DNA from: Dehalococcoidia bacterium | GTDB taxonomy: Bacteria > Chloroflexota > Dehalococcoidia > Lucifugimonadales > VXLM01 | DNA: 64,000 nucleotides | Reading direction: 5' to 3' | Assembly (NCBI GenBank): GCA_963662435.1 | Contig: OY759598.1 | Span: 2,202,507 to 2,266,506, forward strand | Shown: piece by piece, positions 29,013 through 39,200 of the stretch | How positions within the stretch are numbered: position 1 is the stretch's first letter | How the letters are laid out: each line of letters starts with the position of its first letter | Program-made: the position numbers and the translations under genes | The notes under the pieces: generated by a model | Databases searched by the model: none | What the model saw: the letters and a program-made list of their open reading frames with translations, nothing else | Told to the model about the DNA's origin: nothing

Positions 29013-29411
29013 TTACGCCGATTGGTCATCCTTCTTGTCCTCATCCAGCAACAGGGAACGGTAGCTGGGAGGAGGAGCCTCAGGGAGCGACGGATGGTCT
29101 CGCCTGGACTCAGATTCATCCTCCACCGTTTGAGTCTCCTGAGTCGGCGGGTGAGTTACCACCGTACGCATCGCCGTGAATTGCTCCAATCGCTTCTTGA
29201 TCGAATCGTAGTAATAGACGAGGCTTCCAATGCCAAAGGCCACCACTGCAATCCAGATCAGGACAGACAGACCCCAAGCTAGGTCCTCGTTCAGCCCAAG
29301 TCCCAGCAGTATGGCGAAGAATACTGCCCCCAAGACTACGGACCCGAACACGGCCAGCGTGCCAAGACCGGCAATCAGCAATCTGCGTTCGCCGTCCTTG
29401 AGCGTATTCAC
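29013..29411 (-). CDS. Hypothetical 2-TM membrane protein
   Basis: Two TM helices and a polar tail; GTG start at 29411 after GGAGAGG. Confidence 0.55.
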   Translation of the reverse strand: MNTLKDGERRLLIAGLGTLAVFGSVVLGAVFFAILLGLGLNEDLAWGLSVLIWIAVVAFGIGSLVYYYDSIKKRLEQFTAMRTVVTHPPTQETQTVEDESESRRDHPSLPEAPPPSYRSLLLDEDKKDDQSA

Positions 29412-29662
29412 GCTGAATTCCACCTCTCCAAGGTTCTGAGGTGAACGATACCACAAACGTATTATCGAGTCATGGACGGATGTACGCACAGACTCCTATG
29501 CAACCTGTTGCTGGTCTGGACCTCACCGCTCTTCCAGCCAACGCGCGCCGCTCCTATCGAACAAGTGCCGTACCAGCCGCGCCGTTGAAGCCTTTCGGGC
29601 AATCATGTATCTTTTCCGTCGAATGGCGTCGTCAGGCCCGAGAACGCCGTAGGAGAGTAGGC

Positions 29663-30196
29663 ATGCACCCAGTGAAGATGAGTCTGGCAAGGATGCTTGC
29701 CTCCCTCCGAGAGTCGAGATCGGCCGACAGCCTTGGAGCAGTTGGGGTGCCGCTTGGGATCGTACTGGTTGCGCTCGGCTGGATCTTGGAGGAGGCGTCC
29801 GTCGGCATAGGTGCGGCAATCAGGGTACTGGGGGGAATAGTCTTCCTGGCTGGGCTGGCGACGGTGGTCTTTGGGGACTCCCGCCGCCGTGCTGTTGCAA
29901 TTGGCATGTCGAAGCGCATCGTTGCCAGGTATATGTCAAGGACTGTGCACTGGGGTTGGCCGGACAGAGTGGGTCTGGCTGGAGTGATCGTTGGGGTCTC
30001 ACTGATTGTGCCCGCAGTGGTGCTCCAGATCATTTTCCGAAGCGGCGCGGCAGTCGCAGGGCCGGCAATCATACTCTTCTGTGTTGGAATATTCCTTCTC
30101 ATCTACGGGAGATTCTACGGTCGGGATGACATGCGGACCGGAGACCGGTCCTCGTCATCTTCAGGCAATGAGGGGCGTGGCAGAGGGCGACTTTAG
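29663..30196 (+). CDS. Hypothetical 4-TM membrane protein
   Basis: ATG 29663 after AGGAG; four hydrophobic segments. Confidence 0.6.
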   Translation: MHPVKMSLARMLASLRESRSADSLGAVGVPLGIVLVALGWILEEASVGIGAAIRVLGGIVFLAGLATVVFGDSRRRAVAIGMSKRIVARYMSRTVHWGWPDRVGLAGVIVGVSLIVPAVVLQIIFRSGAAVAGPAIILFCVGIFLLIYGRFYGRDDMRTGDRSSSSSGNEGRGRGRL

Positions 30197-30252
30197 CGCC
30201 GTCCTCTCCTGGTCTTGCTCGTGAGTCCGACTAAAGCCAGCGGAGAACAGTC

Positions 30253-31017
30253 ATGAAGACACAGGGGACTGGCGTGTCAGGAACGGCATCGGTCAACATA
30301 ACGGGCCTGGCCTACAAGGTGGGGCTTGGCGTGATCGTGGCCGGCTTTCTCATATTTGCGTCGAATGGGCTTATTGGTGGCGTAGTCTTTGAGGCGACCA
30401 TGGACCTCCTGACGCTCATAGGCGCTCCGGAAGACCGGCAGTTCCTACCCCCCAACGAGCCCGAAGCCGGAAGGCAGATACTTCAGTTCTTCGGGGGCAT
30501 CCTCCTTGCATGCGGCGTCTGCATCATCAGTATCCGTCTCGTCGTCGAACTACTGGGACTCGCCGGCAAGCCGGGGTTTACCGCCAGGCTCGACCGGACC
30601 GACAAGCTGGGGCTGGGAGTGGCGGCGTTTGGGTTACTTGTCAGCGTTTCCAGTGGGCTCACCCAGGTCTTCCTCTACGAAATACTCCTTTACGAATATG
30701 GGACTGGCTGGGTGATGTCCACACTGGAGACCGTGGGATATGCGGGCGCAGCGATCTTGCTCGGAGGAATTGCCGTTCTCACTCTCGGAAAACCGAGCCG
30801 TCGCAGGATGGTGCTCGGCTGGACCGACAGGGTGGGATGGGGCAAGATGGGCTACGGCTGGATCAACAAGCTGGGGCTCGGGTTGATTGTACTTACGCTG
30901 GTGGGTGGGACTCTGTTGCCAGGGTTTGCGGACGCTTTCAGCATTTTTGCCGCGGCCGGGATTGGCATTCTTCTTGTGGGAATCGTTCCCCATTTTCTTG
31001 GGGGAGGGCGGCCTTAG
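30253..31017 (+). CDS. Hypothetical 6-TM membrane protein
   Basis: Three helix pairs each starting with K(V/L)GLG; GGAG RBS. Confidence 0.65.
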   Translation: MKTQGTGVSGTASVNITGLAYKVGLGVIVAGFLIFASNGLIGGVVFEATMDLLTLIGAPEDRQFLPPNEPEAGRQILQFFGGILLACGVCIISIRLVVELLGLAGKPGFTARLDRTDKLGLGVAAFGLLVSVSSGLTQVFLYEILLYEYGTGWVMSTLETVGYAGAAILLGGIAVLTLGKPSRRRMVLGWTDRVGWGKMGYGWINKLGLGLIVLTLVGGTLLPGFADAFSIFAAAGIGILLVGIVPHFLGGGRP

Positions 31018-31079
31018 GGACGGGCCGACGCCTTCCGAGCCGCCACGCGAGAGCATCAGGTACGTCCATTTCTGAGCGG

Positions 31080-32732
31080 CTACCACCCGCGCTGCGAAAC
31101 CAGCCAGGCGATGAGCGCTGCCATAACCGCGATGACCGTGAGAACCGTGGCCACTACCCCCAGCACCAATCTTGTAAGTTCCCCGGACGCGGTGCCGCGC
31201 TTCAGCGCGGAGACGCATTTACCCGCCATGAGTACCGTGCCGCTGGCAGTTCTGCGAAAAACTCCCCTATCGGTCACGATGATGCCGGCGACACCGACTA
31301 TGACTGCGGCCAACCCTGCGAAGACGAGCCACATCCAGACTGCATTCACGGCCCAGTTGAACAGGTGCAGGAATCTGACAACGAGGGCGAAAATGCCAAC
31401 TACGAGATACGTCGGGTTCTTCGTGACGATGAAGACAAGGACTGTGACAATGCCCGCGATGAGCAGTATCCAGTTCACCAAGCTTAAGAAGGCGTCCGTA
31501 TGTATCATCCACCCAACGAACATCGTGGCAAGGCCACCGATTAGCAGCTTGAGCCAGATCGTGGTGACCCTCGATGCAAGGGCCGAAAATGGACGCGAGC
31601 ACCATTGCAGGAATGTTGCCGGACGTGATGCGGCAGGCTGGACCGCCTGCGTCGGCACAGCAGCTGGCGGCGTTTTGGGTCGCTGTCCGGCCCGCGGTGG
31701 CGTAGACGGCGCCGGTGTTGGTTGGCTTGCTCGAAGCGTCTGCCGGTGTGAGCTGCCGGTGGCGGCTGAGGCCGTTGATCGAGTTGGCTTCGGCGGCGCG
31801 GCCGGTGAGCTCGCCGATGGCTGCGGCGCCGCTGCACTGGGTGGGATGTCCTGCAGGACCGTCTCCAGGTCGGGAACTTTCTCCAGAGGCAGAGTGCAAT
31901 ACTCTTCGAGACGCTCCGTCAGCTTGGTCACGGCCTGGTGGGGAGACCTCTTGAGCCTACCGAAGACTTCGGAGCTCCGTGGATCGGCGTAGTCCTTCCT
32001 GGTGAGTATCAGATTGTCCTCGTCGTGGAAGTCCCAAATATGTGGGTCTGCGGCTATGGCGAGCAGGCTGAGGTAGATGACGAGGGAGGAGAAATTGTCT
32101 ACGTTTTCGTCATAGTGCTCCGACGATCTCTCCGGGTGCTGGTAGTTCTTGTGGCCCAGCTCGGGGCTTCGCTCGCCGCGAAACTTGGGCAGAAACATGC
32201 CGTCGTAGTCGACCAGGCGGATGCTCCCGTCTGTCTGAACCAAGACGTTCCCGTGCTGCAGGTCGTTGTGGGCGATACGCAACCCCCTAAGACTCGCGGT
32301 CGGGCCTCCACGCCACTGGGCGGCTACGCGCCGGAGAGTGTCCGGCTGGTCAAGTCTGGAACCGACGAACCTGCTCAGCAGCTCTCCATCCACCCACTCC
32401 ATCTTGACTATGGGATACCAATCTCCACGGAGGCTGATTCCACGTTCGACGTACTCGAAATGTACGAAGGAGGGAGGGAGGACATTGAGGAGATAGTTGC
32501 TCAGTTCGCCGTATCGCGCCTGCTGGTCACTGACCTCACGAGTGAAGCATCGAACTGCGTACGTACCGTTTCCTGTGGACACGGGATAGACGCAGGCGAA
32601 GGCGCCGGAGAATATGAGAGGCATGTCTCGCTGGTTGAGCAATACTTCCCCGGCTTCGAGATCGGTGCCCTTGAAACACAGTCGAGGATTCTGGACCGCC
32701 TCGCTGAAGTCGGTTATCCCTGGCCACGGCAT
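31080..32732 (-). CDS. TerY-P-type Ser/Thr kinase-like protein with Pro/Ala linker and C-terminal multi-TM region
   Basis: GAFACVY glycine loop, AVRCF, MEWVDG, HNDLQHGNVL, LVDYDG, GHKNYQHP. Confidence 0.85.
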   Translation of the reverse strand: MPWPGITDFSEAVQNPRLCFKGTDLEAGEVLLNQRDMPLIFSGAFACVYPVSTGNGTYAVRCFTREVSDQQARYGELSNYLLNVLPPSFVHFEYVERGISLRGDWYPIVKMEWVDGELLSRFVGSRLDQPDTLRRVAAQWRGGPTASLRGLRIAHNDLQHGNVLVQTDGSIRLVDYDGMFLPKFRGERSPELGHKNYQHPERSSEHYDENVDNFSSLVIYLSLLAIAADPHIWDFHDEDNLILTRKDYADPRSSEVFGRLKRSPHQAVTKLTERLEEYCTLPLEKVPDLETVLQDIPPSAAAPQPSASSPAAPPKPTRSTASAATGSSHRQTLRASQPTPAPSTPPRAGQRPKTPPAAVPTQAVQPAASRPATFLQWCSRPFSALASRVTTIWLKLLIGGLATMFVGWMIHTDAFLSLVNWILLIAGIVTVLVFIVTKNPTYLVVGIFALVVRFLHLFNWAVNAVWMWLVFAGLAAVIVGVAGIIVTDRGVFRRTASGTVLMAGKCVSALKRGTASGELTRLVLGVVATVLTVIAVMAALIAWLVSQRGW

Positions 32733-32757
32733 GACCTTCGCCTCACCTCGCGCGGTT

Positions 32758-33537
32758 CTAATTGACCCCTATAATGACCAATGTCGTATCGTCGTTCCCC
32801 ATCAACCCCGCACGGCGCTGCTCCTCCACCCAGGCGGCCCATCCCGACGGGTCCAACGTGAGCAGAGTATCCCAAGGCTTCTCTCCCTCGGCATTCCTCT
32901 CAAGGAACCAGCACGCCAGGGCATCGGATGCCAGAATGAACAAGTCCCCAGCCAGGCATTCGCCCTCGTTTTGCCTCACGTTTTCCCAAAGATCTCCCGT
33001 GTTGTCCGGGTTGCTGCAGACCAAGGGAGGGCTGTTATCAAACTCGGCGGCCTCTTCCAAAGGGAATGACAGCCACAGTCGGTTGTCGCGGATCACGAAC
33101 AGACAGCTGTCTCCCACGGCGAACGCCTGCCAGTAGAGCCTTGGTGATCCACCGGGCGCGGCGTTGAAGGTCACACCCAACATGGTCGCAAAGGCCCCGG
33201 CCCGCGCCTTCGCCTCTCCGTGCCAGGGAATGCTTTCCCATGGAATGCCGACGCGCCACTCCTCCTGCGCCGAGATCAGCCAGTCGCACATGGAGTCCTC
33301 GGTGAGACCGCGTAGGTCAGGGGGCAGGGAGGCGAAGCCATCCGCAAGGACGTTCGCCCATTCCCGCGCAAAGGCCGACTCGCTGGCGCCGTCGGAGACC
33401 GCCGCCCTGGCAGTACGACGCCCGGACGCGCCCATCCTCTGGGGGTAAACCACCCGCGAGGCGTCTTCATACTCCTCAGGGCGGTTGCCCGACTTGGGCA
33501 GCCAGAAAGTTCTGGGAGGTCGAAGGCCCACCTTCAC
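32758..33537 (-). CDS. PP2C-like protein phosphatase (TerY-P triad)
   Basis: EYEDA, AVSDGASES, AVGDSCLF, LASDALA, NDDTT. Confidence 0.85.
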   Translation of the reverse strand: MKVGLRPPRTFWLPKSGNRPEEYEDASRVVYPQRMGASGRRTARAAVSDGASESAFAREWANVLADGFASLPPDLRGLTEDSMCDWLISAQEEWRVGIPWESIPWHGEAKARAGAFATMLGVTFNAAPGGSPRLYWQAFAVGDSCLFVIRDNRLWLSFPLEEAAEFDNSPPLVCSNPDNTGDLWENVRQNEGECLAGDLFILASDALACWFLERNAEGEKPWDTLLTLDPSGWAAWVEEQRRAGLMGNDDTTLVIIGVN

Positions 33538-33548
33538 TTCCTAACGAA

Positions 33549-34406
33549 TCAGCGAAGATCTGACGCGGCGCGCGTCCCTATGTCCAGGAACTGCACCAGG
33601 GCCACCATGTCCGCGTTGTAGACGTACCCACGAGAACCCTGGGAGACCGAAAGGCCCATACCGGTGGCCAACTCCACTACCGGGTCGGGAAAGACTGAAG
33701 ACATGCGGAACATCTGCGCAGCGTACTCGTCGGGAGGCACTTCGCTCTCGTCGGACGGGTACTGCACCGGCATGGCGGACATCTCAGAGAGGTGCGCGTT
33801 GTAGATCAGCACGTTGCCGTCGTTGGTCCCCAGAGCCATGATCTCCTGGGCCAGGGACTCCGGGTTCCCATCGGTTGCGGCCCCATCGGTGACATTGATC
33901 ACCATCGGGGGATAGGAGTCCGGGTGCTGGGCCGTCCAGTCCTGAAGGGCCTTGGACGCGGCGGACAGTGCGTCGCACATTGGCGTTCCATAGCCGGCCG
34001 TGGGGCGGAGCCAAACCGGAAACTTCCTGGTGACTTCCACTATCCCCCCGGCGCCGTCGGACTCCTTGACCTCCCTTTCCTCCACCTCGGCGGCGTCGAC
34101 CACCTGGCTGACGGACAGAAAGGGCTCTTCTGGTGTCGTCCCTGGGAGGGCTGTCTCCAACTTCGTGCGACCAGCTCCGTCAGTTCCATACGCGATGACT
34201 CCGATGTCGAAGTAGTCGCGAATATCCATGCCCTGGGAGCAGCGTTGGGATATAGCGTCGAGGATGCGATTCACGGCATCGGCTGCCCCGTCCATCTTTC
34301 GCAGCTCGGGCTGTCCGCCTAGCGCCTCCCCCATAGAACCTGATTGGTCGATCAGGAAAAGGAAGCAACCGGGATTGTTGCGGCTGATATCGGCTGTATA
34401 AGCCAT
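33549..34406 (-). CDS. TerY-like vWA domain protein
   Basis: FLIDQSGSM MIDAS, GTPM, NVTDG; ATG 34406 after AAGGAGG. Confidence 0.85.
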   Translation of the reverse strand: MAYTADISRNNPGCFLFLIDQSGSMGEALGGQPELRKMDGAADAVNRILDAISQRCSQGMDIRDYFDIGVIAYGTDGAGRTKLETALPGTTPEEPFLSVSQVVDAAEVEEREVKESDGAGGIVEVTRKFPVWLRPTAGYGTPMCDALSAASKALQDWTAQHPDSYPPMVINVTDGAATDGNPESLAQEIMALGTNDGNVLIYNAHLSEMSAMPVQYPSDESEVPPDEYAAQMFRMSSVFPDPVVELATGMGLSVSQGSRGYVYNADMVALVQFLDIGTRAASDLR

Positions 34407-34640
34407 ACGGACACCTCCTTGGTCGATATAGCAACGCTCGGACGGACACATTGTATGCTTCCCGTAGAGGAAAGGCTAATTTATGGCCAAATCATAGCCA
34501 TAGGCCGCGTGGACTGTCTCGAGATGTCCCTCGGGAAACGGTTCCTCCAAGCCTTGGATGACTCCGTACTGACAAGAAGAACGCTGCCGATACCCAATAT
34601 TCAGAGACCCCTATACGCTCCGACCACTTTCGTATCAAGA

Positions 34641-34698
34641 CTTCCCACCGGAAAGTTCGCAATTCAGTATGCCCCGGCTCAGCGGGAGCGAATCGAAC
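34641..34698 (+). repeat. att-like junction 3 (P arm fused to the interior of a histidine kinase gene)
   Basis: 34641-34681 is 37/41 identical to 27393-27433; similarity stops at CA, followed by GCGGGAGCG-AAT-CGAAC. Confidence 0.75.
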
Positions 34699-35306
34699 TC
34701 TCGCAGACCATTCATGACACCAGAGCCCAGTCTTCAATTCTGATTGGGCTGGGTCTGGAGACGGCAATTGAGTTGGCGGATGTCAAGAACGATGACCGGA
34801 ACGATGAGCTGATCGCCAAACTGTCCGCCACACGTGCTCTGTCAAAATCGACCATATGGGAGCTAAGGCATCCCATCGACATCAGTCCCATATTCGAGGG
34901 GCGAAAGTTGGGTAATGTGCTGAGTTCGCATGTCTCGACCTTAACCACCATCACCTCGATTCCAACCGAATTCATCCAATCAGGTAACGAGCCAGAACTG
35001 CCCATATTCGCCAAGAGGCTGCTTTTCTCGACTGCCCACAACGCAATGACGAACGCTTTCCGTCACTCAGGCGCTGGCAAGGTAACCAACGCCCTGAACT
35101 TCGAAGGTGATGAGTTTCAATTGTCCGTCGCCGACGACGGGATAGGCCTCCCCGCCAACTACGGGGATCGAGGCCACGGTTTTAGGAATATGAGATCCGA
35201 CGCAAAGACGATGGGCGGTAGGCTAGAATCGTCAACCGGCACCAATGAACAAGGCACGGTCGTTTCCTGCACGATTCCTTATGTGGGGCATCGGGGAGGC
35301 GTGTGA
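34680..35306 (+). pseudogene. 5'-truncated HisKA_3/HATPase sensor histidine kinase
   Basis: QRERIELSQTIHD H-box, NAMTNAFRHS, DDGIG, GHGFRNM; no sensor or TM region and no plausible start; begins exactly at junction 3. Confidence 0.8.
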
Positions 35307-35968
35307 ACATGGGCCCGACAACACAGACCAAAGTGATGCTCGTGGACGACCACGAGATCATGCGTGACGGGCTCCGGGAAGTCCTCCAGCGGACCGGTAA
35401 CATTAGGATCGTCGGCGAAGCTGGAGATGGTGTAGCGGCGGTTAGGGTAGCTCAGAGCTTAACGCCCGACGTCATTATCATGGACGTGATGATGCCACTC
35501 AAGAATGGCATTAAAGCCTGTCGGGAGATTACAGATGTGCTGCCAAATACCAGAGTGCTGATGCTGACGGCCTCATCAGAAGAGGACGCTGTAATGGAGG
35601 CGTTCGCCGCAGGCGCCACGGGCTATCTTCTGAAGTACTCCGGTAAGGACAAGCTGCTTCGCACCGTACGCGATGTGGCTGAGGGCGAATATCGCATACC
35701 CCGAGATGTAGTCAGGCGCGTATTTGAAGGAATGCGTGAAGCGGCTGAAATAAGGCAGATGACTGAGATCAACGGTCTAACTGGGCGGGATCAGGAAATA
35801 CTCGCACTGTTTGCGCAAGGGCTGTCATATGCCCAGATCGCCGAGGCTAGAGGGAACCGTCCGCTGACGATCAGGAATGCCATATACGGAATCGAGGATA
35901 AGCTAGGGATAGAGACGAAACAGGGGCTGGTAGTCTGGGCCGTGCGAAATAGGCTGATAGTTGAATAG
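35303..35968 (+). CDS. NarL/LuxR family response regulator
   Basis: MLVDDHEIMR, PDVIIMDVMMP, GATGYLLK, C-terminal LuxR HTH. Confidence 0.92.
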   Translation: MNMGPTTQTKVMLVDDHEIMRDGLREVLQRTGNIRIVGEAGDGVAAVRVAQSLTPDVIIMDVMMPLKNGIKACREITDVLPNTRVLMLTASSEEDAVMEAFAAGATGYLLKYSGKDKLLRTVRDVAEGEYRIPRDVVRRVFEGMREAAEIRQMTEINGLTGRDQEILALFAQGLSYAQIAEARGNRPLTIRNAIYGIEDKLGIETKQGLVVWAVRNRLIVE

Positions 35969-36076
35969 GAACATTGGTGGCGTGGGGATAATGAGGATTG
36001 AATGGCCCCGAACCTCTTGGGCTTGAAGCCAAGGAGACAAAGATTGCGGTCGCTTGTCACATTCCTCAAATAGAGA

Positions 36077-36152
36077 CCTCCCATTGAAAAGTTCGCAATA
36101 TAGTCCCCTTTAGCCCACCAATCTGCCGCTGATCCCATCGGGGACTCGAACT
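36077..36152 (+). repeat. att-like junction 4 (P arm plus second-type right arm)
   Basis: GTTCG-CAATAT-AGT-N12-ACCA (36091-36120), then N23-ACTCGAACT. Confidence 0.72.
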
Positions 36153-36238
36153 GTTCGATTGCAGCCGAGCCTACTTCGATGGCCCTGCAACGCAAGGCTT
36201 CCGGGCGACGGACTAGGGGCCCGATCTCATCCATTATT

Positions 36239-39200
36239 TCAGTGCCCGCTGATAAACTCAGCTGTATTTACCGTTATCACTGGAGGATCGTCCTCATCGG
36301 TTACGATGATGGTCACTTGTATGCTGTCCGTGGCGCCAAACGGATCGGTGGCAGTCACCACTACTGTGTAACTGCTCCTGGCCTCGTAGTTCAGGGGAGC
36401 GTCGGTCTTCAGTTGGCCATTGTTCCTTCCTATTCGGAAGAACTCGGCGTCCGGGCCGCTCAGAGTGTAGATCAACAGATCATCATCGTCGTCGTGGGCC
36501 CTGACCGGGTCTCCGATGTTCCGTCCAGCCTCAGTGTTGTTTGCAGTGTCCTCCGCCACCTCTCGGCTCGTCCTGTCGGATTGGTCGCCCTCGGTATTGA
36601 AGTCCTGATCAGGGAACACGGGCGGGGCATTGACAAACCCACTGTCCGATACCGGACCAGTATCAAACGAACCGTGTCGACCTACTGGGACTTCCAACAC
36701 GCCCGATGCCATGTCTTGAGCGCGACCTACGTTGTCGATGTAGAACGCCGTCGCCCGCAGACACCTGCCCACGTCAGCCGCCTTCGGGGAGTAGACCGAC
36801 GACGATTCTCCCGCTATCGGGGTCCAGCTCTCATCGTCAACGGCATCTATCCCGGGCGTGTCAGGGTCGTCCTCGCATTCGTGCGACGGCACGCCCCTGA
36901 CGCTCACCGTAACTTCCTCGGACAGTTCCCACACCCACCGTCTGATGGCCACGCCACCGTCGTCGTCGCTGGCCGTGGCATGTACAGCGATGCCCACCTC
37001 CGGCTGCCTCTGGGACAGGACGACCGCTCCAGCGTCCTCCCCATCCACCACTTCGATGGCCACATCCAGGGTGGTTGACAGCCGGCGAGGACCATCACCG
37101 GAGTGAGCCTCGACGGTTATTGAATACGAGCTCTGGTTTTCGAAATCGGGCTCGTGGCCTGTTCTGAAGACCAGTACACCATCGCTGCCGAAGGCAAGGG
37201 CGTCGCCGTCGGGGCCTGACACCGAGTATGTGTAGGTCGTGTCGTCATAGCCGCCGGGGTCGCTGACGATGCCGTCTTGGTCGGTGACGGCATAGGTATT
37301 GGCATCGATGGGGTCGCCGCTGTGCTCAACCGTGATGACCGGCAGGTCCTCGTTCACCTTCTCCACTACGCTGAGCAGCGTCGGCGCGTCATCAGCGAAG
37401 GCAGGGGGCTCGTTCACCTCGGTGACCGTGACGATAACGTTCACCGTGGCCGCGGCGGTCGACGGATCGCTTGCCCTCACCCGAAGGACGTACTCGCTGT
37501 TGTCTGCGTCGCCAGCATCCTCACCCTCAGGCAAGGCGGGGTCGCCGATTAGGGCCGTCGAGGCCACGTCTTCGGTCTCGCCGGGGTCCGTTCCCAGCTC
37601 CCTGCCGACCCTTATCTGGCCGGACAGACTGTCGATGGTGAAGCGCGCGTTGCCGTCCTCATCCTCCAGATCGGGGGTGTCCAGGAGCTCGTAGAACAGA
37701 GTGTCGTTGTCGTCGTCCGTCGCCGAGATCGGTTCGCCTATGGGCATACCCTTCGCCTTGCTCTCGGCGACCAACCGCGAGATGTCGATGTAGCGAGTGG
37801 TTTCATCTTCATCCTGGTCGTCGAAGGAGGGAGCGGCATTGGCCGGTGGCCTCGCCTCCACCCGGTAGTCGGTCACCGCCGAAGCGGTCTTGCCGGAGCC
37901 GAACTTGTCGGAGTAGGTGACCGTCGCACGCAGGTACATACCCACGTCGTCCTGTACAGGCCTCCGCTGCGGCTCTGACGCCCCCTCAATGTGAGTCCAT
38001 CTCCTTCCGTCTTCGGACCTCGCCCACTGCCACCTCTCGTCCGCCACCCTGTCATCCTCGTCCCGCAGGCCGGCTGAGAGCGTCCTGTCGACCTGCGGCT
38101 GCGGCCTGTCAATGCTCGCCGTGCCGGCATCGTCCACGTCAGTTACGGTCACAGTAACGTTACGTGTGCCGCCGGCGGCTTCGACGGTCACCCGGTATAC
38201 GTTCCTCGTCGACAGCAGGGCGCTATCAGACGCAGACTGCGGGTCCTCGTAGTTGGGGGGTTCTCTGAAGGCCAGAACGCCATCATCGATGGTGAATAGG
38301 TCGTCGTCTCGCCCGCTCACAGACCACCTGATGACATGATCTCCCTCGTCGAATGCCGTGAAGGAGGCTACAGGGGCCGTACCATTCTCGGTGTAGCGTA
38401 CTGAACTGACACCGGTAATGCGCACCGGGTCGTGTACATCGATGACGTTGATGGTCACCTGTATACTGTCCGCGGCGCCCGAGGGATCGGTGGCGGTTAC
38501 TACAACGGTGTAGCTGTTTCTGACCTCGAAATTCAGGGAAAGCTTCGTCTTGAGCTGGCCGTTGTTCCTCGAAATGCTGAAGAAGGATGCGTCAGCACCA
38601 CTCATGGTGTAGATCAGCAGCTTGTCGTCATCGTCGAAGGCGCTGACCGGGCTCCCGATGCTCTGCTCCGGCTCCTCGTTCTCCTCGATCTTCCGGCTCG
38701 TCCTGTCCGACTGGTCTCCCGGCGAGTTCAAGTCCTGGTCCACAAACCTTGGAGCGGCATTTGCTAGCCTGCTACTCTGTACGGGAGCCTCCAACACTCC
38801 GGTTGCATCGTCGTCTTGAACGGTCGGATTCTCTTTGTTGTCGATGTAGAACACCGTCGCCCGCAGGCACCTGCCCACATCAGCCGACTTCGGGGTGTAG
38901 GTCGCCGACGAGGCTCCAGCTATCGCGTCCCAGCTGCCAACGACATTGATGGCCGTATCAAGGTCCTCCCGGCACTCGGCCGACGGCGTGCCTTCGTCAT
39001 CCACCGTGATCACGGCCGACCGCTCCCATACCCACCTGCTGATCCTCATACCGCCGTCGGCGTCGCTTGGCGTGGCCACTACTTCTATGCCCACCTGCGG
39101 CTGCCTCTGGGACAGCGCCACCTCTCCTTGGTCTTCCGTATCCACCACCTCAATGGTGACGTCCAGAGAGGCCGACCGACCGCCAGAACTGGCCGTAATG

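Noticed and set aside
30510..31992. Long alternative-frame ORFs 30510-31487 and 31111-31992
   Set aside because: They overlap better-supported genes and have low-complexity, shadow-like composition.
34344..34679. N-terminal 112 aa of the 320-aa kinase ORF in the ORF track
   Set aside because: It overlaps the vWA gene start and promoter and reads through the att arm; not kinase-like, so a fortuitous open frame.
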